Shown: piece by piece, positions 8,236 to 17,371 of the stretch
Position numbering within the stretch: position 1 is the stretch's first letter
Layout: every line of letters begins with the position of its first letter
Source: Synechococcus elongatus PCC 6301
Lineage (GTDB): Bacteria; Cyanobacteriota; Cyanobacteriia; Synechococcales; Synechococcaceae
DNA length: 32,000 nt
Reading direction: 5' to 3'
NCBI RefSeq assembly: GCF_000010065.1
Contig: NC_006576.1
Coordinates: forward strand, 1,080,001-1,112,000
Made by a program: the position numbers and the translations under genes
The notes under the pieces: generated by a model
Seen by the model: the letters and a program-made list of their open reading frames with translations, nothing else
What the model was told of the DNA's origin: nothing
The model's database searches: none

Positions 8236-8997
8236 TTAAAGGCTGAGGGGATCTTTCGTAACTTCTACGGTTTCCTCGGATTCAGCAGCGAGGGGCAGGG
8301 TCTTTTTGGAAAAACCCCAGATGAATAACACGACAATACAGCTGACCATCACCCATTCTGGGGGAGTCAAGGATTCGTTGATCGCGCGCACGAGCAACCG
8401 CAAGCCCACCAGCGCCACGGCACCATAGCCCGCTGATTTTAGGTTGTCGTATTCCTTCAGCCAGCGGATGAAGAGGCCCGCGAGGAATCGGAGGGTGATC
8501 ACGCCAATCGTGCCGCCCAACAACACCAACCAGGTTTCCCGCGAAACGGCGATCGCAGTGGTCACACTATCCAGGGAGAAGGCCAAATCGGTCAGTGCGA
8601 TCGTGGGAATTGATGCCCAAAGACTCGTGAAGCGGTGATGGTGTTTTTCTCCCTCGGTATCACTACCGTCAGGCCGAAAGTAGTTAAATGCAAGCCACAA
8701 CAGATACAGGGCACCCGCCAACTCCGCCAGTCGAAATTGCGTGACCCACGAGGCTGTCAAAATCAATAGCATTCGCAGGATGTAGGCAACCACAAGGCCG
8801 AGGTTAAGGGCTTTGCGTTGCTGCTCAGGATTCTCGAGCCCGCGCGCGATCGCAGCTAAAGCCACCGCATTGTCCGCAGACAAGACGGCTTCCAAAACTA
8901 CGAGCAACGGCAGCAGTAACAGCAAGTCACTACTGAAGTGAGGAGTTCCGATGAATTCAGTGAGCATGGTGGGGGCGATTGCCGAAGCAGCCAACAT
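8236..8997 (-). CDS. TerC-family integral membrane protein
   Basis: 253 aa and multi-TM. TerC signatures: LEAVLSADNAVALAAIA and LTDLAFSLDSVTTAIAVS. An alternative start is at 8967. Confidence 0.85.
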   Translation of the reverse strand: MLAASAIAPTMLTEFIGTPHFSSDLLLLLPLLVVLEAVLSADNAVALAAIARGLENPEQQRKALNLGLVVAYILRMLLILTASWVTQFRLAELAGALYLLWLAFNYFRPDGSDTEGEKHHHRFTSLWASIPTIALTDLAFSLDSVTTAIAVSRETWLVLLGGTIGVITLRFLAGLFIRWLKEYDNLKSAGYGAVALVGLRLLVRAINESLTPPEWVMVSCIVVLFIWGFSKKTLPLAAESEETVEVTKDPLSL

Positions 8998-9097
8998 CCA
9001 AGGCGAGACTAGGCCTAAATTCTAGCCCAGTCCACCGATCGGGCGGGGAGCGCCTAGGCGCAGCGGTACAATCAGTCGGCTTGCCTAGCCGCTTAGA

Positions 9098-10258
9098 ATG
9101 AACCCAACCGGAACCGCGATCGCTGTCCAAGTCCGTCATCAAACTGCTATGGACGCTGACTTCGCACACCGCAATCATCCACTGGCGTTGGCAACGGCTG
9201 TCCAAACCCGTTTACAGGTCTACCAACAGCTACGCCAGCAGTATCCCAATGCCAGCCTGACGGCAGAGCTTGTGAGTGTGCAGGGCGAGCAATTTGTGGT
9301 GCGTGCCCAGGTCGAAATTGGTGGGCAAACCCTTGCAACAGGCTTAGGGGCAGCTACTCAAATCGAAGAAGCGGAGGATCGCGCCCGCCTGCGAGTCTTG
9401 GAGCTGTTGGGGCTCAGTCCCGAATGCAGCGCTCCAACCCAATGGGAAGTCCAAGTTGTGGCTCAGGCTACGCCAGCACTGGCAGCTCCCGCCAACGATC
9501 GCGCCCTCGCAGCGGTCAGTACACCGATCGCTGCGACTCCTCCGGCGATCGCCCCGGAGCTGGAACCAGAAATCCCAGCCTTCGATGAGGTCGAGGCAGA
9601 ACCAGAACTGCCGTCAGAACCCCGCGTTACTCAAACAGCCCTGCCAGAACGCGATCGCCCTAGACCGGCACAACCGGCAGCTGTGACCGCTGAATTGCCA
9701 TTGCTTGAGCAGCCGCCTGCACCCACTGCGAGCCTGTCTGCAGTGCCCACCGACTGGTCGGAAGATCTGGCAGAGATTGAAGTCGAACTTAAACGACTGA
9801 TGTGGAGCGAAGCCGAAGAGCAAGCCTATCTGCTGCAACACTTTGGCAAGCGATCGCGCGCGCTGATTGCTGACTACGATCAGTTACTGCTCTTTCTGGA
9901 TCATTTGCGATCGCTGCCAACCCCAGGGCTCTCCCCGAAACCGACGATCGCTCTAGAACCGGAACCGAAAGCGGCTCCAACGGTCTCCTTGCCACCCTTA
10001 CCGGAGCCGACGGTGATACCGACCCCTGCACCGGCGATCGCTCCGCCAGTTGAGCAGCCGAATCGCAGCGAAGCCATGGAACTGACCAGTGCGGCCGTGA
10101 AACGACTGGGTTGGACCAATCGCCAAGGTAGTGATCATCTGCGGCAGACCTACGGCAAGGCCAGTCGCCAGCAGTTGACGACTGAGGAACTCCTCGACTT
10201 TTTGCATTATTTGCACCGGCTGTCGCCACCCCCCAGCAGCGAAGCCGTGCCGTTTTAA
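9098..10258 (+). CDS. Pro/Ala-rich hypothetical protein with a structured N-terminal domain and a duplicated C-terminal module
   Basis: 386-aa ORF. Residues ~33-106 look globular and residues ~110-220 are a low-complexity P/A/E linker. Two ~53-aa modules share KRLxW...LxQx[FY]GKxSR...LLxFLxxLxxL. The start is uncertain (alternative ATG at 9149). Confidence 0.65.
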   Translation: MNPTGTAIAVQVRHQTAMDADFAHRNHPLALATAVQTRLQVYQQLRQQYPNASLTAELVSVQGEQFVVRAQVEIGGQTLATGLGAATQIEEAEDRARLRVLELLGLSPECSAPTQWEVQVVAQATPALAAPANDRALAAVSTPIAATPPAIAPELEPEIPAFDEVEAEPELPSEPRVTQTALPERDRPRPAQPAAVTAELPLLEQPPAPTASLSAVPTDWSEDLAEIEVELKRLMWSEAEEQAYLLQHFGKRSRALIADYDQLLLFLDHLRSLPTPGLSPKPTIALEPEPKAAPTVSLPPLPEPTVIPTPAPAIAPPVEQPNRSEAMELTSAAVKRLGWTNRQGSDHLRQTYGKASRQQLTTEELLDFLHYLHRLSPPPSSEAVPF

Positions 10259-10314
10259 GCATTGACGGTTCTGCTGTGCTGATCGCAACGTTCCCTGAGA
10301 GAGACTGACGTGAA

Positions 10315-10824
10315 ATGGGACGACTTGTCTCACTGCAGATTATTACGCCCATTGAGCAAACTGCAGCACTCTTTGAGCTGATTATTCAAAAGACCATGCC
10401 CGCAACTGAACAGGAGCTGCGATCGATTCTGGCAACCCAAATTGCTCCGCCTGATATTTGCCTCTGTTTTGTTGTAGCGCTGGATGAGGTCATCCAAACC
10501 TTGGAGACTCAAGCACTAGAACTGGCTGATCATGTTGCGATCGGTTGTGTCTGGACTGCGTTTTCTTTTGGCGATCGCTATCTGCTGACAACCGCGACTT
10601 CCTCTTACTCAGCTATGGCAAGAGCCTTCGAAGAGAGTCAGTCTATTCAATCCTTATTTGCGGACATAGCCCAGCAAAGTGCGTCCGAGGCGCTCTTTCT
10701 AATCGATGACTGGAATCAATCACACCTGCTCTGGCGTAGCGATCACACGACTCTTAAAGACAACTGGATTAGCAACCATCCTGTGGATCAATGCTGTCGC
10801 GAAATCATGGTTCCTTTCCACTAA
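10315..10824 (+). CDS. Hypothetical protein (169 aa)
   Basis: A clean ORF with no convincing competitor on other frames. No motif I recognise. GC is somewhat lower than in neighbouring genes. Confidence 0.5.
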   Translation: MGRLVSLQIITPIEQTAALFELIIQKTMPATEQELRSILATQIAPPDICLCFVVALDEVIQTLETQALELADHVAIGCVWTAFSFGDRYLLTTATSSYSAMARAFEESQSIQSLFADIAQQSASEALFLIDDWNQSHLLWRSDHTTLKDNWISNHPVDQCCREIMVPFH

Positions 10825-10857
10825 TGAAAAGCAGCTCTCGATTTACCCATAGCAACA

Positions 10858-13005
10858 TCATTGAGTGGTGGCAAGCGACAAGGTTTGCGGGCTGAGATGA
10901 CGACTGATAGCGGTGTAGCGACGCGTCACGATCAACGAAGATTGACAGGCTTCAACCAGACGATCGGGATAGAAACCGAGGGTCTTGCGTGCCAGACCCC
11001 AAGATGGACTCGTACCCACCACAGTGAGATCGGCTTCAGCCGTTGCCTCAATCAAGAAGTCCAGAGGATCTTGCTGCCACAGACATTCATAGCGAATGCG
11101 ATCGCGCAATTGCGGACTGAGGCTATCCAGTAAATCTCGGGCTTCAGCACTGAGTTCTGCTCCCGCGATCGCTTCAAACTGGAGCAGTCGTAGCTGTCGT
11201 TGGGGATGCCCTAGCAACAGGCGGAGTGCCAATTCTAAACTGAGATCATCATGGGACGAACCACCGTAGGGCACCAGCAACCGACGCCGTGATGAATGGC
11301 TGTCTTTGTTGACATAGATTGCCACGTCCGTCGGAGCGTGGTTGAGCAGATATCCCACCCGTCCCCCCAGGCGACTATCCCCCACCGTCGAGCGATGCCA
11401 GCCCGCCAAAATCAAATCTGCTTGGGCTTGATCGGCCAACTGACAGAGATCACGACCAACGTTGCCTGAAGAGCGGATGATCGGCAGCACTACTGCTGGC
11501 GGCAGGCGCAGTTCCCCCAGCAGACGAGCCATTCCCTGGTGCAGGTTCTGGAGTTCGGCCTCGACTTCGACTGGCATGTCATCGAAGCCATAGTCGTTGT
11601 TGATTTCCAGCAAATTGGTGGGATAGATCACCCCCATGCCGCGATCGCTCAGGGCTAAATCGGCCGCCACACTCAGCAGCTGGCGCTGAGTTTGCGGATT
11701 CGCTAAGGGAACCAGCACTTGATAGGCTGAATCGGAATTGGGCAGCTGGGGCTGCGGTAGCGAGAGAATTCGCCGTTGTGGATAAAGACGATTGAGCAGC
11801 GGGGTCGTCATCACCGTTGTGACTAGCGCCATGATCACCAGCAGGGTGAACAACTCTGACGAAATCACCCCCAAACTCAAGCCAATGTTGAGAACGACCA
11901 GTTCCGTCAGGCCCCGCGTATTCATCAACCAACCAAGGGTTTGCGCTTCTCGGACTGACATGTTGCCCCAACGGGCTGCCAAGTAAGCTCCACCCACTTT
12001 GCCCGCGATCGCCACGACCAAAATCAGCCCACCAATGAACCAGAGTGCCGGTTGATTGAGGCGGCTGAGATCCGTGCGCAACCCGCTGTAGGCAAAGAAA
12101 ACTGGCAGCAAAATCGTCAACACAAAGTCTTCGGTGCGCAGGGCTAAATCCCGGGTTAGCGCCTGATTCTTGGGCAAGATCACACCCAACAAAAAGGCAC
12201 CAAAGATGAAGTGAATGCCGATTAACTCGGTCAGCAGTGCTGAAACCAGTACTCCCATGTAGATCGTGGCTAGCAGCACTTGGGAGAGTTCACCGCTGCG
12301 GGCGTACCAACGGCTAATCACGTTACCCAGCCAGCGTCGACCCATCGTCAACATGCCACCGCAGTAGAGCATTGCTAGAACGATCGTGGGAATCGCCGCA
12401 ACCATACTGTTGGTGCGGGTTACCGCGATCGCGATCGCTAGCAGACACCAAGCCGTTAAGTCATCAATCGCGGCGCAGGTCAGAGCCAAACTCCCCAGCG
12501 GCGTGCGTTGTAGGTTGCGCTCCGTCAGAATCCGTGCCAGCACCGGAAAGGCGGTAATCGACAGCGCCACACCCAGAAACAAACTGACAGGCAACAGACC
12601 GACGCCCTGAACCAAAATCGCTGGATAGAAGCGCTGTAGCCCGATCGCGAGGCCAATGCCCAAACCAAAGGGCAGCAGCACGCTCAGGTTTGAGACCCAG
12701 AGAGCCAGCCGCAGTCGCCCTCGCAAATATTGGGGATTGAGTTCCAGCCCGATCAAAAACATGAAAAAGATGAGGCCAACCTGAGCCAGTAGCTCAAGGT
12801 AAGACCCACTCGCCTGCGGAAAGATCGCTAGCTCTAATTTCGGAGCGATCGCTCCCAGGAAAGACGGCCCTAGTAGAATTCCCGCCGCAATCTCACCGAC
12901 GACGAGGGGCTGGCCAAACCGATGCACCAAAGAGCCCAGTAACCGCGAGCAGAGGATGACGACCAGAATTTCAATCAGGACGACCACAACGTGGCTGAAG
13001 TGCAT
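10858..13005 (-). CDS. CPA2-family cation:proton antiporter with C-terminal tandem USP-like regulatory region
   Basis: 715 aa. The N-terminal ~400 aa form a multi-TM Na+/H+-exchanger fold (GEIAAGILLGPS...). The C-terminal half has two USP-like units (VLVPLANPQTQ...LGGRVGYLLNHAPTDVAIYV and LLVPYGGSSHD...SSLIVTRR). Confidence 0.9.
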   Translation of the reverse strand: MHFSHVVVVLIEILVVILCSRLLGSLVHRFGQPLVVGEIAAGILLGPSFLGAIAPKLELAIFPQASGSYLELLAQVGLIFFMFLIGLELNPQYLRGRLRLALWVSNLSVLLPFGLGIGLAIGLQRFYPAILVQGVGLLPVSLFLGVALSITAFPVLARILTERNLQRTPLGSLALTCAAIDDLTAWCLLAIAIAVTRTNSMVAAIPTIVLAMLYCGGMLTMGRRWLGNVISRWYARSGELSQVLLATIYMGVLVSALLTELIGIHFIFGAFLLGVILPKNQALTRDLALRTEDFVLTILLPVFFAYSGLRTDLSRLNQPALWFIGGLILVVAIAGKVGGAYLAARWGNMSVREAQTLGWLMNTRGLTELVVLNIGLSLGVISSELFTLLVIMALVTTVMTTPLLNRLYPQRRILSLPQPQLPNSDSAYQVLVPLANPQTQRQLLSVAADLALSDRGMGVIYPTNLLEINNDYGFDDMPVEVEAELQNLHQGMARLLGELRLPPAVVLPIIRSSGNVGRDLCQLADQAQADLILAGWHRSTVGDSRLGGRVGYLLNHAPTDVAIYVNKDSHSSRRRLLVPYGGSSHDDLSLELALRLLLGHPQRQLRLLQFEAIAGAELSAEARDLLDSLSPQLRDRIRYECLWQQDPLDFLIEATAEADLTVVGTSPSWGLARKTLGFYPDRLVEACQSSLIVTRRYTAISRHLSPQTLSLATTQ
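12425..12438. repeat. HIP1 (GCGATCGC) palindromic octamer, here as two overlapping copies; one example of a motif scattered throughout the window
   Basis: The sequence gcgatcgcgatcgc is read directly. Further copies are at 570-577, 598-605, 1575-1582, 7730-7737, 28319-28326, 28735-28742 and many other positions. Confidence 0.95.
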
Positions 13006-13045
13006 GGTGGCCTCAGGTGCACGATGTTCCTATGGCAGCACGATT

Positions 13046-13738
13046 TCAGGAAATTGCAGCTGCTGTTGCCTCATCGCTTGCAGACAAGGATTTGGCCTTT
13101 GGCAAGGGTAAGCGCCAGCCTTGATAAATCACCGCGCCTAACAACGGCAGGAACCCAATCAATGGCCAAATACGTCGGCGATCGCCGCGACGGTGCGCAT
13201 CTTCGAGCAAGAGCACTGGGAACAGCAGCGTTAAGCAAGCAAAGTCCAGCGTCATCACTTGGATAAAGCGGCTGGTCTGGAACTGCTGCACAAAGTCAGC
13301 CAGATCCCCTTGCAGCGCCAAGAGTCCTAACAGGGCGATCGCTATCCCTAGGGGTAAGGTTAACCAGCGGCGATCGAGCTTCTGGAGCAACGGCGGCCAA
13401 GCAACAGGCAACGAACCGGTGGGTAGCGGACGAAAAACAAAGTAGGGCAGCAGCGCAAACGCTCCCGCCCCAAAACTGGCGATCGCAAAGGGCCAAGCTC
13501 GCCAGCCTCGCTGATGGCCATCGAGGAGCAAGAGTGGGCCGTAGAGCAGTGGCCAGAGCCCCATGGCGTTAAACAGCGCCACAATCAGCAGGTTAATTCC
13601 CTGCCACTGTCCCAAGGACAGCCGCCGAATCAGATCCCAGGTTTGCGGGTCATCCGGCGGAGCCAATAGGGCTGTGTAACTGACTAGCGATAGCCAGGCG
13701 ATCGCCGCTAGCGATCGTTTTAGAAGGCTTGAATCCAC
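13046..13738 (-). CDS. Hypothetical multi-pass membrane protein
   Basis: 230-aa hydrophobic ORF (5-6 predicted helices). It overlaps the upstream YciI-like gene by 19 nt, suggesting co-transcription. Confidence 0.6.
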   Translation of the reverse strand: MDSSLLKRSLAAIAWLSLVSYTALLAPPDDPQTWDLIRRLSLGQWQGINLLIVALFNAMGLWPLLYGPLLLLDGHQRGWRAWPFAIASFGAGAFALLPYFVFRPLPTGSLPVAWPPLLQKLDRRWLTLPLGIAIALLGLLALQGDLADFVQQFQTSRFIQVMTLDFACLTLLFPVLLLEDAHRRGDRRRIWPLIGFLPLLGAVIYQGWRLPLPKAKSLSASDEATAAAIS

Positions 13739-13989
13739 TCACGCACCTCATATTCCGTCCAGACGCCATTTTGCCAATAGGGATCCGCTTCGATCGCCTG
13801 TTTGACGGTTTCGATCGTGTCCGCCTCATAAGTTCCAAACACGTGGGTCAGGTCTTGGGTGGGGCCGAGGGTGATCAGCAGACCTTGCTCCTTTTGCACC
13901 GCTAGACCAGCGAGGTGCGCTTCTCGGTGGGGAGCCCGTTTTTCTAGAACCTCCTCGCAGTAGCGACCCCAGAGAACAAACTTGGCCAT
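13720..13989 (-). CDS. YciI-family protein
   Basis: The 89-aa form starts at MAKFVLWGRY. The pattern ...REAHLAGL...GLLITLGP...EADPYWQNGVW...VREW fits the YciI-like fold. The longer ORF to 14043 is an ORF-caller extension. Confidence 0.75.
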   Translation of the reverse strand: MAKFVLWGRYCEEVLEKRAPHREAHLAGLAVQKEQGLLITLGPTQDLTHVFGTYEADTIETVKQAIEADPYWQNGVWTEYEVREWIQAF

Positions 13990-14067
13990 TTTGTCAGTGC
14001 AGTGAGACTTTTCAGGCATTATCGATGCTGCCGCTATGCTCAATCACAGGAGCCTCTGGATTTCGCC

Positions 14068-14631
14068 ATGGTCAAAGTTCTGGCCTTCTCCGGCAGCGGC
14101 CGTCGTCAGTCCTACAATCAGCGCCTAGTGGCGATCGCGGCGGCAGGCGCCCATCGGGCAGGCGCTGAAGTCACCCTGACCAATTTGCAGGATCTCAACC
14201 TGCCGATCTTTAACGAGGATGAGGAGGCCGAGCAGGGCTTACCGCCGGGCGCCGTTGGCTTCAAACGCTTGCTGCGGCAGCATGACGGGTGGCTGATTGC
14301 CTGCCCGGAATACAACAGCTCGATTACACCGCTACTGAAAAATGCGATCGACTGGGCTTCTCGGCCAGAACCGAACGGCACACCCAGTCCCTTCCGCAAC
14401 AAAACGGCGATCTTGATGTCGGCTTCACCGGGACAGTTGGGCGGACTGCGCGGACTCTTCCACGTTCGAGACGTCCTCCATAATCTCGGCACGATTGTCC
14501 TGCCCCAGCAGCGATCGCTGCCTAGGGCTGACTTGGCGTTTAATGACCAGGATCAACTGCAGGAGGAGGCTCAACAGGAGGCTTTTCTCAACCTAGGGCG
14601 ATCGCTGGTCAGCTATCTGGAACGGACTTAA
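14068..14631 (+). CDS. NAD(P)H-dependent FMN reductase family oxidoreductase
   Basis: Starts at [17 protein letters not shown] (flavodoxin-like loop). It also has [20 protein letters not shown]. Confidence 0.85.
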   Translation: MVKVLAFSGSGRRQSYNQRLVAIAAAGAHRAGAEVTLTNLQDLNLPIFNEDEEAEQGLPPGAVGFKRLLRQHDGWLIACPEYNSSITPLLKNAIDWASRPEPNGTPSPFRNKTAILMSASPGQLGGLRGLFHVRDVLHNLGTIVLPQQRSLPRADLAFNDQDQLQEEAQQEAFLNLGRSLVSYLERT

Positions 14632-15521
14632 TTCAGGGCGATCGCCGGTCGCTGACGCGGATATTCCTGCATCAGTCGGCGCACTTCTTCGGCGTGATAG
14701 GAACTGCGGGTCAGGGGTGAAGCCACGACTTGCAGGAAGCCGAGCTGACTGCCTTGCTGTTGCCAAGCATCAAATTCCGCCGGCGTGACAAAGCGATCGA
14801 CGCCTAAATGTTTTTGGGTCGGCTGCAGGTACTGACCGATCGTGACGATGTCGCAGTCGACGCTACGGAGGTCCACCAGGACCTGCTGCACTTCTTCCGC
14901 AGTTTCACCAAGACCCACCATCAAGCCAGACTTGGTATAGATCCACGGCGCTTGTTCCCGACTGCGGCGCAATAGTTCCAGCGATCGCTGATAGTCACCT
15001 TGGGGTCGCACGCGTCGGTAGAGTCGTGAGACCGTTTCGATGTTGTGGTTCAGCACCTCGGGCGCTGCGGACAAAATAATTTCCAGCGCTTCCCAGTTGC
15101 CGCAGAGATCGGGAATCAGAACCTCAATCGTGGTCTGAGGCGATCGCGATCGCACCGCTTCAATACAGCGTTTGAATTGCTCAGCACCACCATCCGGCAA
15201 GTCATCACGATTGACTGACGTGATCACGACGTGATTGAGATTCAGTCGGCCCACAGCTTCTGTGAGTCGTTGCGGCTCCGTCGGATCGAGCGCTTTGGGT
15301 TTCTTTTCGAAGTCGATATCGCAGTAGGGGCAAGCCCGCGTGCAAGCCGGACCCATGATCAAAAAGGTGGCCGTCCCAGCGTTAAAACACTCACCAATAT
15401 TGGGACAGGATGCCTCTTCGCAAACGGTATTCAGCCCCAGATCCGCCAAGACTTGCTTGACGTTACCGACGCGTTGCCACTGCGGTGCTTTGACTCGCAG
15501 CCATTCCGGTTTGACGACCAA
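14628..15521 (-). CDS. lipA: Lipoyl synthase
   Basis: 297 aa. It has both Cys clusters ([12 protein letters not shown] and the radical-SAM CTRACPYC) and a C-terminal SSY motif. Confidence 0.95.
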   Translation of the reverse strand: MVVKPEWLRVKAPQWQRVGNVKQVLADLGLNTVCEEASCPNIGECFNAGTATFLIMGPACTRACPYCDIDFEKKPKALDPTEPQRLTEAVGRLNLNHVVITSVNRDDLPDGGAEQFKRCIEAVRSRSPQTTIEVLIPDLCGNWEALEIILSAAPEVLNHNIETVSRLYRRVRPQGDYQRSLELLRRSREQAPWIYTKSGLMVGLGETAEEVQQVLVDLRSVDCDIVTIGQYLQPTQKHLGVDRFVTPAEFDAWQQQGSQLGFLQVVASPLTRSSYHAEEVRRLMQEYPRQRPAIALN

Positions 15522-15696
15522 AAGACGCTCCTCAGTTCGGGCTAATCAGTGGAGATAGAGCAGCGATCGCAGTCACTGACAGGATGCTTTGAAGGCAGCG
15601 ATCGCAACTTTTCGAATTGTGACACACTGGCCCACGGGACTTGAGAGCGATCATCACCGAATCTACGGCGCGATTCAGGAGCGATCGCTGTTCAGC

Positions 15697-15804
15697 ATGC
15701 CCAACGATCTTTTGCCCTTTCTGCTGGGTATCGCCGTTCTCATCCTCTACCTCTGTTGGTCAGCCGCGACCGAGATGGGAACCCGCTGGCCTTGGAAAAA
15801 GTAG
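15697..15804 (+). CDS. Possible 35-aa single-TM micro-protein
   Basis: MPNDLLPFLLGIAVLILYLCWSAATEMGTRWPWKK. It has host-like C-ending codons, one clear hydrophobic helix and a basic C-terminus. No homology is recognisable. Confidence 0.25.
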   Translation: MPNDLLPFLLGIAVLILYLCWSAATEMGTRWPWKK

Positions 15805-15817
15805 GGGCAGGTAGCAA

Positions 15818-16048
15818 TTAAGACTCTGGCTCCGCTGCAGCAGCCTTTTCTAGTAGTTCCAAACCTCGATTCTGGCGATCGCGGCCTCGCTCAGCTCTGA
15901 GTTGGAAGCGTGTTTCAGCATCAAACTCTGCCAAAAGCAGCGTTGCCATTTCATCAATCAGTCGATTTACTGTCGTGCCTCGTAGACGAGCCATTTCTTT
16001 CAGGCGTCGATGCTTATCATCTGCCAAACGCACTGTCATTGCAGTCAT
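15818..16048 (-). CDS. Ribbon-helix-helix (CopG/Arc-like) antitoxin-type protein
   Basis: 76 aa. The N-terminal beta-strand plus two helices read MTVRLADDKHRRLKEMARLRGTTVNRLIDEMATLLL. It starts 3 nt after the PIN gene stop. Confidence 0.75.
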   Translation of the reverse strand: MTAMTVRLADDKHRRLKEMARLRGTTVNRLIDEMATLLLAEFDAETRFQLRAERGRDRQNRGLELLEKAAAAEPES

Positions 16049-16051
16049 CTT

Positions 16052-16477
16052 CTAACCCTCCCTCAGTCCGTCTAGAAGCTGCTCTGGAGTCACGATCGCC
16101 AACGAGGGGAAGCGTAACTCTAACCGTTTTAGATCCCGTTGATTACGACTAACAACACATCGAGCTGCTGCTGCGATCGCCAATTCAATTAGATGGTCAT
16201 CACCAGCATCAGGTGAGTTAGGTCGCCAGCCATAGTAAATACGGGTCCACTCACAACAACCCAGGAAAATATCAAACAGCTCCTCTCGTTCTTCAACACT
16301 CAAGCATCCAGTCCGAAATAGAGTTGATCGACTGAGAACATCTTCATACTCCAAAAACAAAGCGGTGCCCATCACAGGCGTACATTGACCCCGCAAGCAG
16401 GCTGCAATCACTTGCCGGGCTGAACCGTTACCCAGACAGGCCCCAACAAAGACGTTCGTGTCAACAACAATCCTCAT
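16052..16477 (-). CDS. PIN-domain ribonuclease-type toxin (TIGR00305 / PIN_3-like)
   Basis: The 141-aa form starts at MRIVVDTNVFV. Acidic PIN residues appear in VVDTN, LEYEDV, GDDHLIELA and SRNQRD. The ORF-track extension to 16513 is not needed. Confidence 0.8.
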   Translation of the reverse strand: MRIVVDTNVFVGACLGNGSARQVIAACLRGQCTPVMGTALFLEYEDVLSRSTLFRTGCLSVEEREELFDIFLGCCEWTRIYYGWRPNSPDAGDDHLIELAIAAAARCVVSRNQRDLKRLELRFPSLAIVTPEQLLDGLREG

Positions 16478-16526
16478 GCCAAGATGGTAGCAAAAATGCC
16501 ACCAAACAAGCATTGTCTCAGTGGCC

Positions 16527-17276
16527 TCAACCCTGAAGAATAGCTAGTACGATGTGGACTCCCCAGTGGGCAACGATCGCGCCTTCCAGTCCGTAGCGCC
16601 AATAGAGGTAGCCTGCCACCAACCCAAACAGCCCGTTTTGCAGCAGTAAATAACCGATCAGAACTGGCGTCAGCGGTAGCCCGATCGCAGCAGCATAGGG
16701 CAGATGAGCCGCAGCAAAGACGAGAGCAGACAGGAGAATTGCGATCGTTACCCAAAACTTTTGCGGTGAACCCTGACGACGTTGTCCCCAGCGCCAGCCC
16801 AGCCAGAGCAGAAAGGTCATTAAGCCCCAGCGCAGCAGAATTTCTTCGGTAATCCCGCCGTAGAGGAAGCGCAGCAGGAGCGGCGGAGCACTGGCAGTGG
16901 AAAAAGCAGGTGGCAACAGGAATTGACCAACGCCCGCGATCGCCCAGAACAAAACACTACTCAGCAGTCCGCCCAAGAGCGCAGGCCAAAGCTGGGGTTG
17001 AAGCAGTTGCCAGCCATTCTGACGATTGCTCAAGGCAACAATTACGGGCGCTTGCAAACCGACTGATAGCGCAAGGCGACTACCAGTCAGAACCGCGATC
17101 GTGAGCAAAATCGTTGGCTGAGCCAGTACCAAGACTCGCAGAGCTATTGGCGATAGCGGAGTCTCTCCTAGTGGCGGCAGAGGTAGTAATAACAGCGAGA
17201 GAACCCCCATCATCCCCAGCAGCCAAAGCAGGAGTTGCGATCGCCAAGTGATGGCTGAATTGACAGGCTGATTCAT
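16527..17276 (-). CDS. CPBP-family (CAAX / Abi-type) intramembrane glutamic protease
   Basis: 249 aa and multi-TM. It has the GGITEEILLRWG (EExxxR) motif, FAAAH and a C-terminal H. Confidence 0.8.
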   Translation of the reverse strand: MNQPVNSAITWRSQLLLWLLGMMGVLSLLLLPLPPLGETPLSPIALRVLVLAQPTILLTIAVLTGSRLALSVGLQAPVIVALSNRQNGWQLLQPQLWPALLGGLLSSVLFWAIAGVGQFLLPPAFSTASAPPLLLRFLYGGITEEILLRWGLMTFLLWLGWRWGQRRQGSPQKFWVTIAILLSALVFAAAHLPYAAAIGLPLTPVLIGYLLLQNGLFGLVAGYLYWRYGLEGAIVAHWGVHIVLAILQG

Positions 17277-17297
17277 ACCGCACCTCCCCAGTTCATA

Positions 17298-17332
17298 AGA
17301 AAAATCCCCTTCCGCAAGCTTACGAAAGGGGA
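17298..17332 (-). terminator. Rho-independent terminator of tktA
   Basis: The minus strand reads tccccttTcgtaagcttgcggaagggga followed by tttttct, 40 nt after the tktA stop. Confidence 0.7.
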
Positions 17333-17371
17333 ATCAATTCAAGTTTTAGTGATCAGTCAGAAGGCGATCGC

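Noticed and set aside
8998-9097. Possible yybP-ykoY (Mn) riboswitch upstream of the TerC-family gene
   Set aside because: Only ~100 nt are shared with the divergent gene. A TAGAAT -10-like element sits about 20 nt from the ATG, leaving no room for the ~100-nt four-helix element, and no conserved motifs were seen.
9789-10352. 187-aa minus-strand ORF opposite the Pro-rich gene
   Set aside because: It is low-complexity antisense of a P/A-rich coding region with no supporting signals.
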